A DNA stretch of 64,000 bases, from the NCBI RefSeq assembly GCF_009834535.1, contig NC_045705.1, positions 65,844,001-65,908,000 on the forward strand, in the 5' to 3' direction. The notes below the pieces were generated by a model that did not search any database, was not told the DNA's origin, and worked only from the letters and a program-made list of their open reading frames with translations. Positions 28,501 through 38,156 of this stretch are shown here, one piece after another. The stretch is from Camelus ferus. Its lineage: Eukaryota. Both the position numbers and the translations under genes were made by a program. Numbering within the stretch: position 1 is the first letter of the stretch; the number at the start of each line of letters is the position of its first letter.

Positions 28501-31500
28501 CCGGGACAGAGGCTGGGATGGCAGAGTATAAGGTACTGGGGACGCAGGAAACAGAGGCTGGGGGTTCAGGAGTTCTGGGGATAAAGACTAGGGTGTCAGA
28601 GACGGAGATATTAGGGACCCAGGAGATATCTGGGGGTTCAAGAGTGCTGAAGATAGAAGCTGAGAGAGCAGAATCTGAAATATTGGGGGCCCAGGAGACA
28701 GAGATGAGGTTTTCAGGGGTCTCAGAGATAAAATCAGAGATAACAAGGACCCAGGAAACAGAGTTAGAAGGTTCTGAGGTCACAGGGTTTGAGACTGAGA
28801 CAGCAGAAGCTGAGATCCCGGGGACCCAGGAGACAGAGGTAGTGGGTTTAGGGGTCCCTGAGATAGAGACTGAGACAGCAGAAGCTGAGGTCCTGGGGAC
28901 CCAGGAGACAGAGGTAGTGGGTTCAGGGGTCCCAGAGATAGAGACTGAGACAGCAGAAGCTGAGATCCCGGGGACCCAGGAGACAGAGGTAGTGGGTTTA
29001 GGGGTCCCTGAGATAGAGACTGAGACAGCAGAAGCTGAGGTCCTGGGGACCCAGAAGACAGAGGTAGGGGGTTCAGGGGTCCCAGAGATAGAGACTGAGA
29101 CAGCAGAAGCTGAGATATTGGGGACGCAGGAGATAGAGGTAGTGGGTTCAGGGGTCCCAGAGACAGAGACTAAGACGGCAGAAGCAGGGATATTGGGGAC
29201 CCAGGAGATGGCATTTGGGGGTTCAGGGGTCCCAGGAACAGAGACTAAGATAGTGGGGCCTGAGGAGACAGAAGTGGGTGATTCAGGGTTTTCAAGGCCA
29301 GTGGCTAGAATGGTAGAGGCTGAGGGACTGGAGACTCAACAGACAGAAAGTACCGTTTTAGAGGCTGAGAAAGCAAAGGCCAAAACTTCTGGGGTCCAGG
29401 AGGCAGAGACTGGACTCTGGAGGACCCTCAAATATGAGGCTTTAAGGGTCCCAGTCATAAAGCATGGAATTTTAGAGTCCCAGGGAGCAGAGGCGGAGAC
29501 TACAATTTTGAGGGAACAGGAGGCAGAGGCTGGGGTTTGGGGGGTTTCAGAGGCCAGGTCTGGGGTTTGGGAAGCCAATGAACCAGAGATGGAGGTTCCA
29601 GGGGCTTCAGAGAACCAATCTGGTATTTTTGAGGCCCAGGAAGCAGAGGCTGGGGTCTCAGGAACCGAGAAGGGAAAAGAAGCTGAGGGAAACCTCCCAG
29701 AGGCCAGCCTGATTGAGGCGCAGGTAGCCAGTGGGGCAGGGGCTGGGGTGCCCAGGCCCTTGGGGGCCTCTTCCCCAGAGGAGCCTGAAGAGGACAGGAG
29801 GCTGCCGGGCAGCCAGGTAGGGATGGGGGCTGCTGAGGGCCCAGTCTGCTGCTTTCCACTAACCCAGGCTGAGCGAACGGCGGCTCTGCATGGACCCACC
29901 TGGTCGACTGGGGTGGGGTGGGACAGGGGCTCAGCTTTAAGGAGCCCCTCACCCGCTCCTCTCTCAAGATGCCCTGGCTCCCCTACCCTGTCTTCTCTGG
30001 GCTGCATGGAGTGGGACACTCCTAGAGCTAATTTTCTGGGCTGACCTGGAGGTGTGGCTGCTGGTGACTTCTGATCTTCCCTGGGGGTCACTGACCTTGT
30101 AGGTGACTTTAGTAGCTAACTGCAGAGCTGGAAACCTTTTTGCCTGACCATAAAGCTAGGTCCAGCAGTCTGCGGTGACTCCTGCAAACCCAGAGCTGAA
30201 GCTCTTTTGTGCCCAAGGGGCAGAGAGTACAAGTCCCATGTTCACATTTCCTAAGCCCTTCCCTGTGTCCCCAGGCACCGCCTGCCCTGGTGAGCTTTAG
30301 CCAGTCCCTGCTGGAGTGGTGCCAGGAAGTCACCGCTGGCTACCGTGGTGTCCGCATCACCAACTTTACCACATCATGGCGCAACGGCTTGGCCTTCTGT
30401 GCCATTCTGCATCGATTCTACCCAGACAAGATGTGAGCTGCCAGAGGGGATGCGAATGAATGGGGGAGCCTGCTGGGAGGGTGGTGTGAATCCAGCCTCT
30501 GATCCTTGCTCTCTCTGCAGCGACTTTGCCTCCCTTGACCCACTCAACATCAAACAGAACAACAAGCAGGTGAGATGGGGAGGGAGTGATGCCTGGAGGG
30601 AAAGAGGGTGTAAAACCAGGCCTAGGTGTGTAAGATTTGTCTATCTGTGTGGAGAAGAGGAGTCTGGGCCTCAGGGCCCCAGCTGTGGCTTTTGGAAGTT
30701 CTGCCACTTATTACCCTTTTGGTCTTTAAAGTGTTCATTTTTCTTAGTTTAGCTTTGTTTTTTTAAAGCATATTTCCACCAGATGGTGTTTTGGAAACCA
30801 CCCTTTGGTGTGCAGTTGCTGGGTAACGCGGGGGCGGGCCCTGTTGCTAGATTTCTTCCAATAGGAGGGTGCAGGCGTTGTTGGCAAACCCTGGCATGCC
30901 CGTTGCAGGGACCCCCTGGGTGGTACCAGCCGGGGACCGCAGTGTCACTGGGTAACGCCCGCCACCGCTGACCCTAACGCACTGCTCCTAGGCCTTCGAT
31001 GGCTTCGCGGCCCTGGGCGTATCGCGGCTGCTGGAGCCGGCGGACATGGTGCTGCTGACTGTGCCCGACAAACTCATCGTCATGACGTACCTGTGCCAGA
31101 TCCGCGCCTTCTGCACAGGGCAGGAGCTGCAGTTGGTGCAGCTGGAGGGCGGCGGCGGCGCCGGCACGTACCGCGTGGCTAGCGCCCAGCAGAGTCCGCC
31201 CGACGACCTGGACGCCAGCGGCCTGGCGCAGCGGCTGCGCGAGCACCGGGCCGAGGCGACCCAGGAACCCCAGGAGGCCGTCACCCCCGCAGACGGAGTG
31301 GCCCCTGAGGTGGCCTCCAAGGACCGCGGGGCCGTGGCTGCCCAGGAGGCGCGCTCCGCCGACGCCCCGGCCAATGGGCAGGCGTCCGCGCCTCCGGGAG
31401 AGGGTCTGGTGAACGGGGTGGGGGCGCCGGGCGCCGCGGGCGGCGTGAAGCTGCGGCGGCCGACGGTCAACGCGGAGGCTGGGCCCGTGCCCCCTCCCCG

Positions 31501-34500
31501 CGCGCATGGCTCCTTCTCCCACGTGCGCGACGCAGACCTGCTGAAGAAGAGGCGCTCGAGGCTGCGGAACAGCAACTCCTTCTCTGTGGACGATCCGGAC
31601 TCGGGAGCCCCGGGAGCTGGCGGAGCTGCAGCGGTGAGTGCCCTCCTGCGGCGTGGGGGTCGGGGAGCCGCGGGCTGAGCTAGTGCGCGGGGGAGGGGGG
31701 CCGGGGGGGCCGGGGTGGGGGGAGGCCTCCGCTGGACGCGGGGAGGTGCTTTTTGATTGGAGGGACCCGTGTGGCAGACGAGACCCCCCGCGAGGACGAG
31801 GTAGCTAGTGAGCTCCTCATCTCGGGGCACACAGACCTCCCTGGCTCAGAGCCGCTCCTGGGGCGGGGGCCCGACTTTGTTGCCAACCTTGGGGCATATG
31901 CTAGTGCTTTTAAAGGCTTGGTACCCAGTTAGTGAAAAGTTCCCACAAGGCTCTGTGTAGCTGGCACCCAGCGCAGAGCTCTTTATGAACTACAAAATGG
32001 GTTGGGGGCATTTCTTGCTCCGCAGGTGGCGGGGGGTCAGCCAGCTTCCCTGTAAACTGGGAGCAGGGTTTCTATACTCAGGGGAGCTCTCTGGGGCCTC
32101 CCAACCCCAAGAGTCTCTGATTTGAATCTTTAACTCCAGATGCTAGAGGCTAGTTTTCTCTCTTCTCTGATAATGGAAGGTTGGAGATGGGAAACCCTGC
32201 TGGGTACCCATTTCCCCCGATCCCTTGCAGGTCTCAGGTCAGTCTCCCAGGGTGTCTTGTACTGCACTGAAGGGGAGGTGGTCCCAGAGAGGGCAGGGAT
32301 TTGCTTAAGGACTCACAGTCACTGAAGTCCAGGCCATGTGTGCTTTCCAGCTGCACCATCTTGGACAGCAGGGGCAGCAGCTCTGTTGGGCCACTCCAAG
32401 CCTTCAGCTGTGCAGGGATGACCCGTGAGTTCTAAGGAAAGTCTTTTTGGAAGAAGCAGCCATTTGAGCCAGGCTGATAAGATGGGCAGCTTTTCCCAGG
32501 TGAAGAATCGGAGTGGGGGGGGTTCTCAAGAGGCAGGACCTCCCAAGCAAAAATGTGGCAGCATGAAAGCTCAGGTCTTGTTTAGGAAAGTGCCAGTCAC
32601 ATCCTGTAAGGTCCGCAGGCAGTGATGTGGCTGGCCAGGAGAGCAGGAGCCTTGAGTGCAGGGTCTGAAGTGCAGCACTGAGACTATGAATGAGAAACAG
32701 GGAGGGCACTGGAGGCACCCATAGCAGGTGTGTTAGACAGCTATCCTCAGCCTGTCTGTTGGTCTTTGACCAAAGCCCCCTTAACGTGTATCAATGGCTT
32801 TTTATATCTCAAAAGGGGAGGCTTCATCCTTCTGGGCCTAAGTCCCAGCACCTGGCCCTTCCAAGCCAGGCCCTCCTCCAGCCCTTGTCCCACAGGAGAT
32901 ATTTAACCCTTGGGACTGGAGGGGACTCCTCCCCATTGGCCACTCACATCCCCTCCTCCTGTGTGCAATGGGAGGAGGTAGGACCTTCCCCGGCCTTGGG
33001 AGCTCCCAAAGTTCTGAATGCAATGAAGTCAGGCACCTTGAAACTGAGGAGGGGGTGAAGCAATGCCATGAGGAGGGCAGGGTGCCTGCCTCTGGTGCAG
33101 CCCAGCAAGGCTTCCTGGAGGAGGGGCCACACATGAGGGTGTAGAAAGGGGAATTTGGGTCAGATGTGAGGAAGCATTGGAGTTCCCATCAGGGTTGGCA
33201 TGAGTAAGCTTAGTTGCTGCTGAGATTGGGGTTTCTCCATTCTCCTGCCCCTGCCTGCCCTGTCGGTTGAGCACTTGCTGTGTGCCTGGCCCCATAGCCC
33301 CTCATCAACTCCTCACCAACTCCTACAATGCCCTTTTTGGGGAGGAACAGTTACCCCATTTTGTAAGTGGAAATGATGAGGCTCAGGGAGACGAAGAAAG
33401 AGACAAAGGGAGTTGATACACATGTGAACCTGGGTTTTGAGGCTCAGCTCTTACATGGCGCCCTCTACTGGGCTGAGCACTCTTAACTGGCTGTGTGACC
33501 CTGGACCAGCCACTTAATCTCTGTTTTCTTTTCCTGAGAGAAGCAAAGGCATAAAAGTTCTCTGCAAAGTGTCATTGAGGCACCACTGTAGGGTGCTGTC
33601 AAAAAAAGGGGAGCTATGTTTTCCCCCACATGCCTTTCTGGAGCCCAGCAACCCCCATCTTACATGGGGCTGGAATTTCTCCCCATTTTATGTACAAGGA
33701 CACAAACAGGCCCAGTGTGTGTGACTGGCCCGAGGAAACAGCAAATCAGTGGATAAGCTAGGGAATAAACCTTTGGATCAGACAGCCCTGGGCATAAGCC
33801 AGGCCCTGTATGAGTGTCACCTCTGACTCTCTGTTTCCTCATCTGTAAAGTGGGGGTGGTACTCATCCCTGCCTCACAGTGTTGTTGGGAGAACTCAATA
33901 AGTCAGTGCATACACACTGCCCCCCACACAAATAAATGTTTACTGGGCATCAGCCATAATTGTTATCCGGTGTACCCTGAGTGCATCCTTTGGACCCCAT
34001 CCTGTTCACAGGGGCTGCCTCTGGTTGGGTAGACCTGGGTACCCAGCAGCCGTGGGGTCACATCTGTGATGGGAGAAGCCTCGGGCACCGTGGTGTGGGA
34101 GTATCTGCCCAACCTGGGGGTCAGGGAGGCTTCAGGAGGCATGAAAGTCAGGAAGGAAGGAAAAAAACTGTGTGAAGGGGCCTCTGGAGGAGGTGGGGCT
34201 GAGCTGGGTCATGAAGGTTGAGTGGGTGTCCAGTTGCCCAAGACAGAGGCTGGCTCCAGGCTGAGGAAATGATTTGGGGAAGCGAAAGTCCATCACTGTG
34301 GCCAGAGGGTGGCATCTGGGTAGGGCTCAGGGCAGTAGGAGTTGGGGCTGGAGCTGCCAACAGGCCTTGGCAAGGAGGCTGAGGGCTGAGGTGGGGTGGG
34401 GAGAGAGTGACACCATTGAGGGGTGAAGGTTTTAGGGAGATCCCTCAGTTGTGGCTTGAGGATGAAGTCAACAGGCAGGGCGTGGGTGTTGGCTGGTGGA

Positions 34501-37343
34501 GAGGCCGCCACTGACCCAGGCCAGAGAGGATGGCATCTGAGTGGACTGCCACTCAGGGAGGTGCAGAGTAGAGTGGACAGTGAGGTGGCTTAACCCCTTC
34601 TCCCCACCTGGTGACACTGAGAGGTGGCCAGAGCAGGAGCTATCAAGGGGGCCAGGTTATCAGCTGAGCTGAAAGTTGGGGGCCCGCAGGGCTGACAGTC
34701 TCAGCAAGTTGCCAGGGGCAGAACACATGAGAGGCCAGCCCTGCCCTTCTAGGCGACAGTTGGTAGATCCAGCCACGTGTCCTGTTCTGAGTGTTTTGTG
34801 AAGAGCACAGCATTCTCTAGGTATGGGAATTGGTCAGGCAGAAGGGTGCTCCATTTTGGTCAGGAGGTAGAGGTACTGGCTCACGATGACCACACCAGGT
34901 CAGCTCAGTGTTGCTGTGTGGGGCCCTGGCCCTGATGGAGATGCCAGCAGTAGGTGATGGAGTCTGAGGTGGCCTGAGGGAGCAACATGGAGGAGGGGGC
35001 GTGAGGGAAGAGAGGCCCCAGTGGGCCCTCCACAGAGTTTCACCCCTACATCTCACAAATGCCCTGTGAGGCCCCCGGAACTCCCCAGGGAATGGGAGTG
35101 GACTGGCCCAGGACCACAGGGCCTGGGATGGTGAAGTCTGTGGCCTTTGCTGGAGGAGGCGCTTTCCCCAGAGCGTGTGGTGGTGGAGTTCTGTGTTTGC
35201 AGGACTGGAGAAGCTGCTGAGGTGGGCAGGGCCTGGAATTGAGGACCCTCTGCCCTGTGTGTGCGAGGCTCTGGTGGGCTCTCGGGGAGCCCCTCCAAGC
35301 CCTTACTGGCCTTTTCCTCTACAGGAAGGCATGAGCCCTGACCCCAGCCCTGCCCCCGGCCCACCCACAGCCACAGCCCCACAGCAGTCCCCAGGTGAGT
35401 AGTTTTGAAGGGATGGTGACTCATCTCAACTCAGGCTGCACGCAGTTGCTGAGCCGGGGACCTTCTGGGGGCAGGTGTCAGTTGGGGGTCCCTTAGCCTT
35501 GTCTCTTTCTGCAGGTGGGACATCAGAGGAACCGCCCCCAAGCCCAGGGGAGGAGGCTGGGCTGGTAAGGAGGGCTGAGGTGGGAGGGGCTGATAGCTGG
35601 GCTTCCTAGGTGGGGCCTGGGCTGAGCCCACCCTGTCCTCTGCCCCCTCTTTCCAACCCAGCAACGGTTCCAGGACACAAGTCAGTACGTGTGCGCAGAG
35701 CTACAGGCTCTGGAGCAGGAGCAGAGGCAGATAGATGGGCGGGCAGCCGAGGTGGAGACGCAGCTGAGGAGCCTCATGGAGTCAGGTGGGGCAGGCATCT
35801 GGAGTCCACTCCCTCACACATGCTGCCAGATCTGCCCCTCCCTGCAGCTCTTTCTGACCCTGGGAAGAGTTGGGCGGAGCCAAGGCTGGAGGAGGCACGC
35901 TGAGGCACACAGCTCTGGCTTCTGGGATGCCACAAGGGAACAAGACCCCTCTCCCCCTCCCCACTCCTGACACAGGGGTTGGTGGCAGGCCTGGTGACTG
36001 GCTTGGCCCATTTCAGGTGCCAACAGGCTGCAGGAGGAGGTGCTGATCCAGGAGTGGTTCACACTGGTCAACAAGAAGAACGCTCTCATCCGGAGGCAGG
36101 ACCAGCTGCAGCTGCTGTGAGTGCTGGTCCTTCCCTGTCTAGGCCCCACCCCTGCCCACCCAGGGCCAGCAGAACAGATGGAATCTTAACTACTTTGATC
36201 AGAACTGTTTACTGCTTGCTTCTTTCAACGATTTTTTTTTCAGAAATTGCTCAACCATCTTAATTTCCCCCCTAATTTTCTGAATATAGTGTATATCTCT
36301 TGAATTGGCAATATTTTTGTGAATGAGAGAATTGAGGCCCAAAGGAAAATGTGGTAGATCAGTGCTGAGCACCCCAGTTTGTCCCTGTTCCTTTACAGTA
36401 AGGAACGCTGAGGCTTAGAGACAGCTGAGCTGGTTTCTCAAGTGAGGGCAGAAGCAATTCTCTGCCAACATTGCCATTATAGCCCTGCATGGTAGAGGTG
36501 GTTCTGCCTCCCTCTTGCATTTTGGATCATTTTTCAAAACAATTTTAGTCTAATACTTGCTGTTTATGAGTAATATTCATCCAAATAATCCTTCCAGGTT
36601 GTTTCTTATTTTTAAAAAAGAGGGTTGGGTTGGGGGAGGAGACAATATAAATATCCAGCAAGTGGGGAACAGTTGAAACAAGAGATGATTCCCTGAGGGG
36701 ACTGGGGTATAACTCTGCCCTTGGCCCAGCCCTCAATGGAAACTGGCGGTCAGGTGGGATGGGGGACAGGGAGTGGTCAAAACCCTGGGCACTCCCTCCC
36801 ATTCCCTTTTCCCTAACCTGGCACCCCACCCCCCAGCATCGAAGAGCAGGACTTGGAGCGGAGGTTCGAGCTGCTTAGCCGGGAGCTGCGGGCCATGCTG
36901 GCCATTGAAGGTGGGAGATGGGGCACAGGGGCTGGGGGGTAGGACACGGCAGGGGCGAGCACCCCCTGACCCCCAGACTCCTCTGCCCTCAGACTGGCTG
37001 AAAACGGCCGCGCAGCAGCACCGAGAGCAGCTGCTGCTGGAAGAGTTGGTGTCGCTGGTGAACCAGCGCGACGAGCTGGTCCGGGACCTGGACCAGAAGG
37101 AGCGGACGTAAGTGGGACCAGGATGCTCTGGGAGCCGGGAAGGCTCCAGGGGTGTACTCTGAGGGGTGCTCGGTCGTGACCCCGGGGGGCAGCCTGCGTG
37201 TGGGGCCCGACGCTGGGGCTGACTTTAACCCGATCCCTCCCAGCGCGCTGGAGGAGGACGAGCGCCTGGAACGCGGCCTGGAGCAGCGGCGCCGCAAGCT
37301 GAGCCGGCAGCTGAGCCGGCGCGAACGCTGCGTGCTGAGCTGA
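22561..37343 (+). CDS. EHBP1L1: EH domain-binding protein 1-like 1, about 1575 aa. Exons 22561-22664, 25137-25194, 25375-25470, 25816-25869, 25949-26127, 26204-26346, 26938-27000, 27098-27260, 27431-29816, 30275-30432, 30521-30569, 30992-31633, 35325-35394, 35515-35564, 35662-35785, 36017-36116, 36837-36910, 36993-37107, 37244-37343
   Basis: NT-C2 domain ([20 protein letters not shown]...), acidic repeat exon, CH domain ([36 protein letters not shown]), bMERB domain and C-terminal CaaX (ERCVLS). All junctions are GT-AG and the exons sum to 4728 nt in frame. Confidence 0.97.
28791..29250 (+). repeat. Coding tandem repeat, 75-bp (25-aa) unit, 6+ copies
   Basis: GAGACTGAGACAGCAGAAGC-type starts at 28791, 28866, 28941, 29016, 29091, 29166 and 29241. 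Confidence 0.95.
33456..33472 (-). promoter_or_regulatory. CTCF motif (reverse)
   Basis: Minus strand CCCAGTAGAGGGCGCCA. Confidence 0.55.
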
Positions 37344-37743
37344 GGCCGCGCGGGCCCAGACGTCTTCGCCCCTCCTGGTCCAACCGGACTGCAGCTTTTC
37401 TCGCCGCCGCGCCGGGTCGCCGCTTCGGCCCTGCGCTCGGGAGGACCGGACCCTCACGGATGCCGCGCACGGCCGGTAGGGGCCGCCGTTACCCTTCAGG
37501 TGGAGGGGAAGCGCGGCCCTTCGGGCCCCGAAGGACAGGAGCGGCTGGGCGGCCGCGCCGTCCGGGCCGTATTTATTAGTCCGTGTGAGTGTGTGTGCGT
37601 GTGTTCGCGGCGGGCGGAGGGTCCCAGGCGCACCCCCAGAGCTCTTTCTCGAGGGCAGGGCCCGGCCGGCCAGCCCCAGGGGAGAGGGATGGCTCGTGAA
37701 CTGCCGCGCCCCCGCCCTACCCGCCTTCCTGTTACTCGCGAGC

Positions 37744-37749
37744 AATAAA
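37744..37749 (+). terminator. EHBP1L1 poly(A) signal
   Basis: AATAAA 400 nt after the stop. Confidence 0.75.
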
Positions 37750-38013
37750 GTTAGAAAGGCCAAACCATTGCGCCCGGGCTTTCTCAGGACTACCGGCACT
37801 TTCAATAGGCGGAAAGGGGTGGGGCCTTGGCCGATAAGGTCGTCTGCGATCCTAAGTGGGGCTGTGCGGCTTTGAGGTTTCTCAGCTGCCGGCGGAGACC
37901 GGACCAGAGGCCTGACCTTGGCCTTCAGAGGATGATGTGGTTTGGGTTGTTGATCGCTGTAGGGAGGTCTCATTTCCAAAGAAGAGCTGAAAACAGTCTG
38001 CAGTGTTGCCAAT

Positions 38014-38026
38014 TTTATTTTTTATT
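38014..38026 (-). terminator. KCNK7 poly(A) signals (two AATAAA)
   Basis: TTTATT at 38014-38019 and 38021-38026, about 130 nt past the KCNK7 stop. Confidence 0.75.
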
Positions 38027-38156
38027 AATACATTATTCTCTGAGGTCCTCACATCCACCCTCTCCCCTCCCACCTCCAGAGGCTTCCCCAGCCCCTCCCC
38101 CATGGCTTCCTCCTCAGGCTGCTCCACCTGAAAGGAGCTATATCATCTGACACCTG

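Noticed and set aside
28791-29250. Regular repeats as a possible CRISPR array
   Set aside because: The units are contiguous 75-mers with no unique spacers, lie in frame in a eukaryotic exon, and have no cas genes nearby.
27456-30044. 862-aa ORF as a stand-alone gene
   Set aside because: It is EHBP1L1 exon 9 plus intron read-through. Splice sites at 27431 and 29816 join it in frame to its neighbours.
27986-31830. Long antisense ORFs (265, 251 and 280 aa)
   Set aside because: These are shadow frames of GC-rich or repetitive EHBP1L1 exons with no independent start context or domain.
36813-38012. 399-aa minus-strand ORF over the EHBP1L1 3' end
   Set aside because: It starts at a non-ATG codon in a stop-poor CpG island, is low-complexity and has no recognisable homology.
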